Made by a program: the position numbers and the translations under genes. Below, in pieces: positions 24,501 through 36,870 of a stretch of DNA of 64,000 nucleotides. Location: NCBI GenBank assembly GCA_020891255.1, contig BQFW01000015.1, positions 1 through 64,000 on the forward strand, in the 5' to 3' direction. The notes beneath the pieces are model-generated. The model worked only from the letters and a program-made list of their open reading frames with translations. It did not search any database and was not told where the DNA came from. The DNA comes from Entomortierella parvispora E1425. Lineage: Eukaryota > Fungi > Mortierellomycota. The first letter of the stretch is position 1; each line of letters opens with the position of its first letter.

Positions 24501-24639
24501 CTTGGGGTTTCAATCGCCTCAATCGAATAGCACCGCATCCCAATCGATAGACTTTTGTTCATTTATTCATAAATAGATGACAGAGGGTCCACTTGAGGCA
24601 AGACCAAAACGTTGGCAGAGTCAAGTGGGTGGGGGAAAA

Positions 24640-24725
24640 AAAAAAAAAATCGTCAAGTCCTAGGTTCGAACCCGGGGCAAAAGGTTGACCAGTCTATATC
24701 TTTCTCGACTAGACCAAAACCCAAG
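24640..24725 (-). pseudogene. tRNA-derived pseudogene/Pol III element (also ~59200-59290)
   Basis: Minus strand TGGTCTAGTCG (A box) .. CCGGGTTCGAACCTAGG (T arm/B box) .. T15 terminator; partial acceptor stem, no valid anticodon arm. Confidence 0.5.
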
Positions 24726-24818
24726 ATAATCAATTGAAAGATTTGTTCGAATTTCTTTTGTATTAAAATTCTGGCTCAAGTGACTGCACGTTGGAGCGCC
24801 ACCAACCCCGCCTTGAAG

Positions 24819-24848
<30 letters not shown>

Positions 24849-24849
<1 letters not shown>

Positions 24850-25441
24850 GGCTTGTTCTGTCGTCACTGCTTACCAAGGACTGCTCCATTCGGCTCTGAT
24901 CGAGGCCTGGAGGCCAATTATTAAAGGCCCTCGCTCTGTCGTGGTCGCCGTTGCTCATCAGTTTATTCGTCGTCTGGACAGGGATGCCTTAGCTCGGCTC
25001 TGGAAGACGCGCTGCGAAGTGACTATTGCATGGGAGAAGACACAAGGTATCCGCCCCAAGATGAAGAAGCAAGCCCAGACTGGGCAACCGTGGAACAATG
25101 CCTCTGGTACGATCTTACCACCGGACACTTGCCAATGCGGAAAGCCTAACACCGACCACCATCAAGGCCTCTGCCCTGGTGCCCAAGACAATCCCACGCT
25201 GGCCGACCAGCGCTTACTGGCTTGTGTGCGTGGCCAGGTTCACTTATCGACATTAGAAAAGATGGGGAAGATCCATTTTTTGTAACATTCTACTCTTCTT
25301 TATTACACGGTGACGAGCCGTGGCATTTGTTGCGCGGGGATCCGGGGTCTTTGTTCGTCTGGACCACGCGGCTTTGCTCAGGTTGTAGATAGTTTGGTAT
25401 CGCACTTCACTTCTTTGGCTCGACATAGCAAATAAAATGTT

Positions 25442-25474
<33 letters not shown>
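24849..25474 (+). mobile_element. 5'-truncated LINE of a second family (ORF2 C-terminus, 3' UTR, poly(A)) with TSD
   Basis: Frame ..LWKTRCEVTIAWEKTQGI..CQCGKPNTDHHQGLC..* ends at 25285; A31 tail at 25444-25474; TGAAG(A)n at both 24814 and 25475. Confidence 0.8.
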
Positions 25475-25476
<2 letters not shown>

Positions 25477-26045
25477 AAGAAAAAAAAAAAACGCGTGGGG
25501 GGTGCCATGGCATCATCACCTCAGCGTAACCTGTGGGGATGCAGATAGGGTTGTCACAATCCCACAGAGGAAGAGCGAGAAAGGCAAGAGGGGAGAGTTC
25601 AAGCAGACATGTGCAAGAGAGAAGAAGAAAAACAGGGAAGAGAGAAAAGAAACGATCAAGACTGACGAACAAGAGGGAAGCGAAGAAAAAAGACGATCAA
25701 GAAGGAGAGAAGAAAGGACAGAAGAGAGAGAGAAGAAGATAAGGACAGTTGAGTGCAACAGACGAAAAAGCGATGCAAGAGAGGGAAGACCAGACAAGCC
25801 CTAGTGTAAAGGAGAAGACATCAGCGAAGGAAAAGAAGAGAAAGACTAATGAACAAGGAGGAAAGAGAGGAGAGGAGGAGAGGAACAAGAAGGAAGGGAA
25901 GGGAATGGAAGAGAAGGACAAGAGAAGAGAGGACAAGAGAGAGAAGAGGAGAGATGGAGGAGAAGAGGGGGGAAACCCGACAACAGCTGTGTTCTGCAGG
26001 AACGATGATCCGTCCATGCGGGACAAGTCAAACACAAATAGTTTT

Positions 26046-26160
26046 GCTAAGCTAGATTGGTTAGCCATTTAGAGGCTAAGCTAGATTGGTTAGCCATTCC
26101 TTAGAGGCTAAGCTAGATTGGTTAGCCATTCCTTAGAGGCTAAGCTAGATTGATTAGCCA
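26046..26160. repeat. Four copies of a 29-32-bp repeat containing an inverted CCAAT box
   Basis: gctaagctagattggttagccatt(cc)ttagag units. Confidence 0.85.
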
Positions 26161-29062
26161 GCAGCTGCCAAGTACTCCTCCTCCTCCTTCTCCTCCTCCT
26201 CCTCCCTGTTGAGTGAGCAAGTGCGCCGCACTGTGGGAATGCAGAAAAGGTTGTCTCAAGCAGTCGAGATCATGAGCAGAGTATTTGTGAACGCGACAGT
26301 TTTTGGCCCCGAATGCATCACACGCCCGTCCCTGCTGGGTGAGCTGATTCTGAGTTAAGCAGCGGTGCCATAGTCACCAAAGGGAGGGATGGAGGTACGT
26401 TTGGGTGTTCGGTAGCAGCGATCCAGTAGAAGGAACCTGCGGAAGGTGGATGAGTGCTGGGGCCATGTCTGCCTTGCCACCTTGCCCTTTCGCGGCCAGA
26501 AGACCGTTCCACCAAATGTGCCAGCATTGCTCCACCAAGGTGCCTTGCGGACTTGAGTTGACCTTCCTTTTGACTGCCAGGATCTTTTTTGGAGTGATCC
26601 GTCGTTACTCCAAAAAAAATCTGTTTGTTGTTGAAAGCCTGACAGCTCAAGAGATTTCGAATTCATCAGAAGAGCAAGGAAGAATAGTAGGAAGAGATTA
26701 GAGGAACAAGATGAAACAAGAGACGAGCAAGAGAGAAGAGAAGAGATGAGCAAGAAGGAAGAGAGGGAGTTCTGGAAAGAGAGACGACCAAGAGAGAAAA
26801 GAAGAAAAGAGACGATCATCCAGAACGATCAGTCCATGCGACAACATAGTCTACATAAAGAGGAAAGGGTCCTTGGTTTTTTTTTCTTTTTTTCAATCAG
26901 CGGCAAACTGTTCCTCCAAGAATTACTCCTTCCTTGGATCATGGATGGACATGTCCACCCCGATGTGGAGAGAGTTGCCATACTCGGCAGCGCAACATCT
27001 TCTGGGTCTCTTCGTTGGTTGCGCCGCAGGGAGAGGGCTGGATAACGCGTCAGAACATGAGGACCTTGGTCGACAAAAAATAAATAAATTGGAGATTCTC
27101 TGCAGCTGGAGCTTAAGGACATTTGTTTCCAACAAGTCAACGTCGAGTTAGCATCCATCAGTCCAGCCATTAATGAATGCTGTAAATGGAAGAGAAAAGA
27201 GGAATGAAAGAGACGAGATGACAAGCACAAGAAGGCAGGAGACAAAGAGAGATAGAGGGAAGGGTGAGAGAAAAAGAGATCAGTTCACTCCCAGCGGCAA
27301 TAAACAACAACGCACTCGACAATGGTCTTGGGATGATTGTCAAGGCGGAAGGGAAAAGAAGACAAGAACAAGAGGGAAAAGATGAGAGGAGGCAACAAGG
27401 AGGAGCAAGAGAGAAAGGAAAGAGCAGAGAAGGAAAGATGAGCAAGAAGGAAGGACGTCCAGGAACGATCAGTCCATGCGAGCAACAAAAAAAAATCATG
27501 GTGCAACGTGCTTTTTTATTGTGCCAGCAGCGCCTCCAAGCTACTTCCTTGGATGGACATGTGCAACCTGACGTAGGCACGCGGAGAGCGTTGCCACACC
27601 AGGTGGAGTAACGTCTTCCTCCAAGTCCCCTCGTCCTGTTACGCTTTGGAAAGGACAGGATTCAAGCGCGTCAAAACATGAGGACGCATTTTTTTTTTTT
27701 TTTTTTTTTTTGGTAGAGTTCCGCGCACCAGTTCCTGTGCAGTCAGCAGGAATTTGTTTCCAACAAGTCAAGGACAAGCGGGTCTCCATTGACCGTGAAA
27801 GAATGCTGAGAATTCACCTCCATAGCCTCTTCTTGCGAGCTCACCCATCAGTCGCATCCTTACTCATATTTGTCCATGTAGCAGCATGGCACTGGCACTA
27901 TCAAATATAAGTAGGAGGTGGATGATTGTTGAGTAACAGTTCCTGGATATCATATTTTTGCTTCCTGCAGCTGGTCTGGATATTGCCGATGACCGTCCGC
28001 ATCACTTCTGACTCCAAGCCTCGTAAAAATAGCTTGAATGACTGTCTTATCGAAGGTCTAGAGTTTGCAGGTTCAACTTACGTCAAACCGAACCATCCCA
28101 AACTGTATGTCGTCGTCCATTTCTTGAGCGCTGAGGGGAGACAGCTGGACAAGAGGAAGGAAATCTAGAGATGGTGGAGCAAGCACCAACGTTGATGGTG
28201 AAAGTTCTTCCACTTTGAATGCGCCTCCTACCTTTTTTCCATTCCTACTCTGCCTTTGTTCGGTCGAACTTTTGAAGTTGCTTCCGCCTCATATGTGAAA
28301 TGAATGGACCCGGGATGCAAGGAGTGATCCATGAAAGAAATGTCGAAACCAAACGAGAGGTGATCCTTCCAGACTTCCTGTCATGTAATTACTCCATCAG
28401 ATTCTCCTCGGACAGCCGCAATTGTTGAATTAGGACGAGAGACCCCCGTTGATTCATTGCCCCTGTTTTACTAAAAAAAGCCTCTCCTGCTGGGGGCAGA
28501 GCCTCGGGCGGGGTGTGACTACGCTGTAAATTTTCATCCTTGCTGGTGGGCGTGCTTCAAAGCACGCCAGGGCGGCCACTCAAAACAAGACGAGCGTATC
28601 ACACATTGACGACACAGCGCACCAGAGCAACCCAGATGGCGTTCCTGCATCTCCGACATGGCGTACCTGCATCCCCGACATGGCGTACCTGCATCCCCGA
28701 CATGGCGTACTTGCATTCCTGACATGGCGCACTTGCATTCCCGACATTGGTGGGGCAACAATCCCGACATGGTGTCTCCCGTGCTACCAACTACGACCAG
28801 TTGCCACAGACAATATCATGCCGGCGATGGACCCTTTCTTTGCCCCTTTCATATTTTCTATCAACAATCAACAAGTACATTCATCGCTATTTGGACTTCA
28901 GGGATAGCATTTAAATGATTTTGACCGAGACTTATCAAATACGACGTTATTGCTGGCGAAGGATTTATTTCTGGATTGATCGAACTTGTTAGTTGAAGAA
29001 GGCTCCAGAAATGAAGAATGAACAACCAGTTTCATGAAATCATTATGTCACCAGTCTTCAAT

Positions 29063-30058
29063 CTATTCTCTTGGTTCCTCCTCAGATCTTTCTGGGTTCA
29101 CACGTCGGTGTCCTTGAAGTCTCGTCGGTGCGTTGGTAGCGAGGGAATTAACTGCATGAATGGATGAATAGTTAGTTCCAGTGTAGATATTATCGAAATT
29201 ATTTTCAGGGATGATGTTAACGTACATGGTTGCCGGACAGTGGGACCACCCAACCTTGCCAATTGAAAAGAAAGTAATCGCTGACCGTCGTTCACTTCAT
29301 GCCTCCAAGTTCTTACTTCATCCATAAAGGTATAGACGGCTAGTGGTTCAGTGATAGAGCTCAATTAGTTTCAGCAATCAAGATTCTGATCATGTTCACG
29401 TCATGAGATGCAGTAGCGCACCTTCAACAAAAACTGGCATATTAACGATGTCGGGAATAGGAGCGCTGAGTTCGCGTGTTGCTGACGACTCTGACGAGGT
29501 CAATGGCTGCAAGGAGATCACTGGCTCTGAGGAGATCACTGACTCGTTCAGAGTTGGGTTGGGAACAAAAGCAGGTGGTCTTTCCTCTCTGCGTTTTGCT
29601 TCAGAGGGACCAGCCTCAGATTTCTTTTTTTGGTGATGAAGGCCAGAGGCTCTTATATTGGAGGGACCCGCACCTGAAAACCCCGCTCTGGAGGGGCCAG
29701 CGGTAGAAGTCCCCACGCCAGAGGGACTAGCAGCAGATGCCCCCGTGGTGGAGGGGACAGTACCTGTGGCATTCATCATTCGGAACTGTTCCTTCACAGT
29801 AATGCAACTGTCGTAATGGCGCTTCACAGAGCCAGTGGATAGAATCCTTGCCCTTCTGCAGATGCAAGTAAAGAGTCCTATCTTCCTGTCGCGGTGGAAG
29901 GTAACTTGATTGCGGCTATGCCCACACGTAAATGTGAATGGCTCGTCAACATGGTGTGTTTTCCAATGAAACTCGTCGTCCGGGGTAAAGTTCTCTCTAT
30001 CTTCTTGAACTAGGCCCTGGCCGCAGACTTGGAAAGAGCAACTTGATGCTTTGGGCAT
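29063..30058 (-). CDS. hAT-borne accessory gene, three exons (30058-29422, 29339-29226, 29151-29063), 279 aa, Cys/His motif plus C-terminal helical segment
   Basis: MPKASSCSFQVC..HWKTHH..FTCIC..KRHYDSC. Two canonical introns keep the frame (840 nt in total). Confidence 0.8.
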
Positions 30059-30451
30059 TATGATATGGTGATGAGGAATTGTGTGCGAAAAGGAAAAGAA
30101 AGAAGAAGAGAAAGCGGTACATGTACAGGGGTTCCTTACAAAAAATGGGTGGGACAGCAAGATTGGCAAAGGGGGGAGAGAAAGGGGGAGCAGTAAGATT
30201 GGCAAAAAGGGGAGCAGCAAAGTTGGCAAAATGGGGAGCAGCAAGATTGGCAAAGGGGGGAGAGAAAGGGGGAGCAGTAAGATTGGCAAAAAGGGGAGCA
30301 GCAAAGTTGGCAAAATGGGGAGCAGCAAGATTAGCAAAAGGGGGAGCAGCAAGATTAGCAAAAGGGTTGCTGCAAGGTTGGCAAAAAGGGGAACAGAAAA
30401 GGTGGAGCACCAAGGTAAGGAAGACATTGAGTGGAGAGGCACTACTGTAGT

Positions 30452-33400
30452 TTATTGGCGGTGATAGTGGAAAGTTGGGTTCATATTTCTGCGCGCGTCG
30501 AGTTTGACAGCCTCATCAACAGCATGGATTTTTGTGATCTCGGGTATAGCTTTTGCAAAACTTCGAGCAAAAAGTACCGCCTGAAAGTTGTGGTCCGCCA
30601 TGGAAGCTCTTTTCTTGTCAAGGATCAATCCTGCTTGACTGAATGCTCGCTCGGAATCGGATGAAGTTGCCTGAATGCATAGATATGACAGTGCAATAGA
30701 ACACAGACTCATGAGAGATTCATTCGAACGATGCTGGAGCCAAAAGTCTTGAGGGCAATCCATGAACTTCTTCGTGTAGGCTTCGGACGAACAAAAGGCG
30801 CCGTAAACGTTAAGAGCTAGGAAGGCGTATCCTTGGCTATTTGCTCGGAGGATCAGTCCCATGGTTTCATCCAGGAAAGGGTCGGGGTCGATTTCCTCCG
30901 CTTCTTTGTGTCGGCGAGTCAAGTGCTCGACAACCAGATTGCCGGCCAGTTCTTTCGCACGGTTCAAAAGACTCTTGCCGTCTATCTCTGTATCCATCAA
31001 GAATTTTGATGAGGCACAGGCTGGGTTGAAGTAAATGGCAAGGAGGATGGCGTCTGGGACGTTGGTCAATGGCCAGGACTCCTTGATCTGATAGTCCAGA
31101 CTTCTGTGCAGGGCTCTGGCTTGAGGCGTAGTAAACGACTCAACAGCAGGGAGAATAGAGTAAGCGCGAGCGTAGACGTGAGAGAGTGTTGGCTTCGATG
31201 CGTGCCCAGCCCAATGGGTGAAATCTGCTGCTGGTTGCAACAAGGCGAGCATCTCTCCAAGAGCGACAGCCTCGTCATCACAGAGCATCACCTCGCGTAA
31301 TTCATTTGCTTTCATCTTCAGATCCCTTGTGCCACTCTCAAGATCGCAAAGGGAGGCAGTTATGGCAGGTAAGAGTTTGTGTACCCTTGCAGACATAGTG
31401 AACCATGAGTTCCATCGTGTTTTGTTGAAGGTCAAGAGGTTCCACTGCTTTCCATCGAAGTGGCGCTTCTGCTGCGAGTTGAGGATGTCCGTAGCTGCAG
31501 AACTCTCAGCGAAAACCGCAGAAATATCCTTGCACTTCTGAAAGATGGCGAAGACTGAGCTCTGTCGTTTGAGTGCGTTGTTGATACAAAGCTGTATCTT
31601 ATGGGAGGCACAGGGAATCCATGCAATCGGCGCAACTTGGTTCTTGTAAAGAGTCATAGCCAATTTGACATTCGCACCCTGGTCTGTTGTAATGCCTGAC
31701 ACTCGGTTGTGTAAACCCCAATCACGGACAACGCGATCTGTAAACAATGTGTATAGCTGTTAGCGTCATAAATATCAGCTGCAACGAAACCTGACCCCTG
31801 GTTAAACCTACCCAAAGCGTCCATAATGTTGATAGCTGTTTGACGTCCATGAATGCGTTCCATGCCGATGATGAAGGAAACCATGCCAGATGACCTCGAA
31901 AAAAAATGACAGGTAATCCCGAGAAATTTCCTCCTATCACGACTACTCCACCCGTCAAGAGTAAGCGAAACCTTGTCGAGTTGAGACGTGAGAAAGCTTT
32001 TGATAAACGTCTTGGCACTCTGCGTTGTGGCCTTGAGCCTCTTCTGGAGAGTAGGAATAGTCGGGATGGTAAAATGAGCGTTGAGGTCTCGGCAAAGCTT
32101 CTTCATTGAGGGGTGCGCAAGCTGGCTGAACGGCGCACCAGCCTCCGTGACCAAACTCAAAAGATTGTCATGAAAGTCAAGGATATCCCGTTCAGTTGGC
32201 TTCCTCATGTTGCTTGCAATTTGTTCCTGGCGGACAACTTCGTACCTCGCCCCCAATGGCGCTGTTTCTCCAACAGCCTGAAGTACTTCCTCTCCTCGAA
32301 CCATTTCTTGGTACTTCCGGAACTCGCTCAGAGCCAACCACAGGTCATTGTGTTCCTTGTTCATATGGCCGATCTTGCCAGTATTTCCACCAGTGCTGTA
32401 TTCAGCGCCACAGATCTCCTCAGCCTCGCCACTCTCGCCAGACTTTGCGACAACACACCGGTGTTTTAAAAATTTTGCTTTCCCGGGTCCAACAGCTGCG
32501 TCGTATCCTTCCAGGCGGACGAGGGTAAAGAAATGCATCAGGATACCAGTCTTGTTGGTACTTTTCTTAATGGGGACCCTTGCCAATACCTTCTGCGTTT
32601 CGGGGGCATTCTCACAGAGTTCTGATGGGGGGATAGTCCCAATCTCATAAGATTCGTACGCCTTATACCACTCTTCAGTTGCGGGATGGCTTTCCCTGAC
32701 TTTGATACGGAGCCGAGAAATTCGGTCCATTCGCTGGTCCATCAGTTGAGGAAGACTTCGAAGAGACAATGTATCCTCATTTTCCATGTTTTGTTCCTCA
32801 GAGACGTTGTCGATGGGCTGCTGGATTCGCGCTCGCCGTTCCAGGACATATTTAGAGGGCGCTGGATATACGAGCTCAGGCTCAGGTGCTGAATTTGCGC
32901 GAACAAACGGCGGGGGAGCAGAGGTTGAAGCCGAAACAAGCGAGGTAGCGACTGATCTCTTTCTTGGAAATACAGGAGTATGGATCGGAGGAACAGATGC
33001 CTAGTAAACGATAAAAAGAAATGAAGCAAACAGAGTGAGTTTATGGTGGGATCAGATGGATTTTGATCATATGTCCTATCATTGCTAAATTACGGGAAAA
33101 TCATCCTCTCCGACATCTTCAGTTTCGGCATCTTTCGGTCTTTTTGCGCGAGAGGCCCGGGTCGAGATTGACATTGCATCACCGTCCTTGGTGGAGGCAC
33201 AGATTGACATTGCCTCCAGATCCTGGGATGAGGAAAAAAGCCCCCCACGCACATGTTAGTAGATATTCTTTTGGCACTATTCCTATCCACGGCAAACACT
33301 TACATGTTCATTGATGCGCAAGTGGTTTGGGAGTGAAGATTCGGTCAACATGGCAATCCTAATGTTCTCCTAAAATAAACGCTGCACGTTAGCGGAAGAG

Positions 33401-33582
33401 ACGTTGAAGTGACATTCCAAGAGGTTATTTACCTCTTCGTTATCTTCGTTTTCGCTTTCACTATCTTCACTATCTGATGTCGTGGAAGACTCCCCGTCAT
33501 CAGAGAGAAACTCTTCGGCCAGGTCACTGTTAGCCTCTTCAACGTATTCGTCGGCAAAGGGATCATAAGCTTCCACGGACAT
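30452..33582 (-). CDS. hAT transposase, five exons (33582-33433, 33369-33304, 33222-33094, 33000-31812, 31737-30452), 939 aa
   Basis: BED-like finger, SLTLDGWS, ITTDQGAN, IPCASHKIQL, TRWNSWFTM, dimerisation motif IQATSSDSERAFSQAG. Four GT-AG introns give an uninterrupted 2820-nt CDS. Confidence 0.92.
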
Positions 33583-35604
33583 GGTCTTTACTGTGCAGAG
33601 TGATATGGAAAGGGTGTGTTGGTGGGAGCAGGGGTGAGAAGGGCGGACGACGGCAGCACAGCTTTTTATACATCGCTTGAAATAGAGCCAGCATGGTGCA
33701 AAAATATCTCGAACTTCCGCTGGGAATGTTCATAAGTCTCCGACGGATATTGCTGAATGAGCATGGCGATGAATGTACTTGTTGATTGTTGATAGAAAAA
33801 TGAAAGGGGCAAAGAAAGGGTCCATCGCCGGCATGATATTGTCTGTGGCAACTGGTCGTAGTTGGTAGCACGGGAGACACCATGTCGGGATTGTTGCCCC
33901 ACCAATGTCGGGAATGCAAGTGCGCCATGTCAGGAATGCAAGTACGCCATGTCGGGGATGCAGGTACGCCATGTCGGGGATGCAGGTACGCCATGTCGGG
34001 GATGCAGGTACGCCATGTCGGGGATGCAGGTACGCCATGTCGGAGATGCAGGAACGCCATCTGGGTTGCTCTGGTGCGCTGTGTCGTCAATGTGTGATAC
34101 GCTCGTCTTGTTTTGAGTGGCCGCCCTGGCGTGCTTTGAAGCACGCCCACCAGCAAGGATGAAAATTTACAGCGTAGTCACACCCCGCCCGAGGCTCTGG
34201 CTGGGGGTGCGTCTGGTTGAGATGATTCCGTTTGATTGACGAAAGCCAGCCACATTTCCTCTGAGAACAGCAACTCAAGCATCCTGTCGGTCGTTGGTGA
34301 AGATGGCGATTCCTCGAACTTGAAGATTCCTCAAACTGGATGAAGAGGAGAAGGAGAAGGAGGAGACAAGAATGCTGCCCCGCGATTCCGAGGCAAGACT
34401 GACACGAGCACAACGCGCCGAGATGCTGCCAAGCCACCAGGGACTGGACTCCCAGGAACCACGGGCTTTTTTGTCTTTTTTGCATTTCATTCTCCCCACT
34501 GCAAATCCACCCCATCCCTCGTCCTCCTGCCTCGCCCTCCTTTCTTCTTCCTCCCTCTTACTCTTTTTCTTTCCTGTCTGCCATAGCTTTGAGCCCTTCT
34601 CCCAACTTGAATCTGCTTTGATGTTGTCCCCTCCTTAATTCTACGGCAACCTGTCGGACGTCTGAGAGCTTCATGTCAGGACCATTCGAAGGAAGCAAGT
34701 CTTTAATGTCCACAGAATGACTCATCGGTCTATCTGCACGTAGTGAAGATACTTACTGTCGATAAAGGCTGGTGTAGGTAACCTACTCCAATAGAGAGAG
34801 TCATGCTGAGGAAGTAGGCAGAAAAATATAAAACTCAACTGCTCCGTTTTCTTTAGACCCGTTTTGAGAAAGACTGGCGAACGGCGAGCAGGACTCTGTC
34901 TGACATGGATCTCAGGAAGACTGCCATCAGAGAAGCATGGATTCTTTAGAAGCAGGCATCAACAACTACATCGACAGGAACAGCTGCATCTGCGACAGGA
35001 ATGTGTAGGAACTTGGACTTTGAGCCCCGGCCGGAATCAGACCCTGAATCAGCGACCTCATGATGGAATCACGTCTAACACCACCCCTTTCCTTTTGCTG
35101 ACATTCTGGGAATTGATGCCACAAAATGATACGAACAAGTTACAACAAGGGCACATGGATGCATAAAGACCATGCAGTCGGACATGCAGCTGGTCATGTT
35201 GATGACGATTACTTGTAAAGAGCTAATTGCTCCTGAGCTAATAAAGAACGATCGAATGGCCTTACCTCAAATGAGCCAAAGAAGACAGGAAGAAGATGCG
35301 TGTACAAAGAAACTCTCGATTCCTGACGGTTACTTACACAAGGCTCTGGCACGGACAATTTTTACAAGGATCTGGCGCAGAAAATGGCGGATGTAAATGT
35401 AATCAACTCTCGTCTCTTGTCCAACAGACAATAAACCCCGCATCTGCGAGGGACCCTTTGACAAGAAAAAAAAAAGAGAATTGTGCGGGTTCTGGTTCAG
35501 CTTGCGCGGGTTTTCGGGCGGCTTTTTTGCGCTGGTTGGAAAGGCCGAAAGGGGGTGCACGAGTTCAAATATCTGTTTCTGCATTAAAAAAGTCCGGATT
35601 GTTT

Positions 35605-36413
35605 TTATTTTTGATTTCTGCTATCATAGCAATTGCCTATTGTTCTTTCACTGAGGACAGCCTTAGTTGCCACCATCAAGGATATATAGATACTGCCATT
35701 CGTAGTCAATTTTCGAAACTTACAAGGAAGCTTTGGTTCCACAAGACGCACCAACCGTCGCACCTCTTGAGTGAGACTTGTCATTTCTCGACGCAACGCT
35801 CCCAGGTCAATCCTAACTTCATTCATAAATTGCAATTGGACTGAAATTGATCTAAGTCAGCAATGCTGCTCGGCATCGATTGCTTTAGTGCAGATGTGAA
35901 AGTACCTTCGGGTGGAGAAACAACTGTTGACGCAGACGACAATGCAGGGCTCGACGCACGAACGACTTGGTCCTCCTCATCTCTGTGGGGTGGGATAGCA
36001 CACGACTGACTGTATGATTGTGCGGACAGTGCCGTCTGTGAGTTTGCTGGCTGTGCCGAGTGTTCTGGGTTTGTTGGCCTTGCTGACCGTGTTGGCCGTG
36101 CCGTCTGTGCTGAGTACGCTGCGTGTGATGCCCTGGCGATTCTCTCGGCAACTTCGCAAGTACTATAATGTCTCTTCACAGAGCCACTATTTAGAATTAC
36201 AGATTTGTTGCAAACACAGGTGAAGAAATACCTCCTCTGGGGGTTCCGCCTAATTTCCACCTCCTCTCCTGTGTAAGGGCAGTCGAATTTGACCGGATCG
36301 TCTTCGTGGTAGAGTTTCCAATGTGTTTCCTCTGGCGGTGAAAAGTTCTCTCGCTCAGAACTGTCAAGGCCGAGTGAACACTTCAAAAACGAACATACAG
36401 ACTGTTTAGGCAT
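35605..36413 (-). pseudogene. Paralog of the hAT accessory gene (one frameshift or an unresolved intron)
   Basis: MPKQSVCSFLKC..RENF..HWKLYH..FTCVC..GSVKRHYSTC and a downstream FMNEVR match the 30058 gene (FMDEVR). Confidence 0.8.
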
Positions 36414-36639
36414 TGTGAAGAGAGGAGAGTGGGATGTGGTGAGCGAATAACGAGATGATGAAATGCTACCGAGTACTTATACCTTTCAAAAAATGAGACA
36501 AGGGGTCTGTGGGGGAGGAGGCCTGGTTGCAAAAAGGGAGAGAGGAAGCGTGTTTGCATTCTTGCAATCTCGCTATTTTTTGCATGACTGCAAAAAGGGA
36601 GTGTTTGCATTCTTGCAATCTCGCTATTTTTTGCATGAT

Positions 36640-36870
36640 TGCAAAAGGGGTGTGCGGTTGCCATTCTTTGCACGATTTGCATATCTATAAACATCGTCAG
36701 TCGTTCGTTCTCTTTCGCCTCAAAGTCTTTCATAAGTGGTATGACTTGATAAAACGATCGGGCAAAGATAAGATTGCACACGGTTTGATCGGAAGTTCTA
36801 CAACCCCTTGGTGAAAGAACCAGACCTGCCCTGCTGAAAAGACGCTCGAATTCAGACGAGGTAGCCTTAC
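36640..36870 (-). pseudogene. C-terminal fragment of a second hAT transposase
   Basis: ATSSEFERLFSRAGLVL..LIFARSF aligns with ATSSDSERAFSQAGLIL..VLFARSF. Confidence 0.85.

Larger units (their letters stand above)
15915..24745. repeat. Subtelomeric repeat family S, copy 1 (GA-rich, internally duplicated), interrupted by a ~3.5-kb insert at ~18480-21960
   Basis: 15915-18470 and 22600-24745 align with visible substitutions to 54743-59310. Parts also match 1-562 and ~37960-39474. Confidence 0.85.
28497..34199 (-). mobile_element. Complete hAT DNA transposon, 5703 bp, with long TIRs and 8-bp TSD
   Basis: TIRs at 28497-28887 and 33766-34199 start CAGAGCCTCGGGCGGGG; TSD GCTGGGGG at 28489-28496 and 34200-34207; hAT transposase inside. 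Confidence 0.96.

Noticed and set aside
27926-28168. Possible LINE ORF1 or RRM-like relic
   Set aside because: Only 80 aa with no diagnostic motif or neighbouring RT.
28630-28745. CRISPR-like regular 22-bp repeats
   Set aside because: No spacers and no cas genes; these are subterminal repeats within the hAT TIRs of a eukaryote.
34640-35450. Short ORFs between the two hAT elements
   Set aside because: No recognisable motifs or consistent exon chain, and no TIR for the second hAT could be defined.
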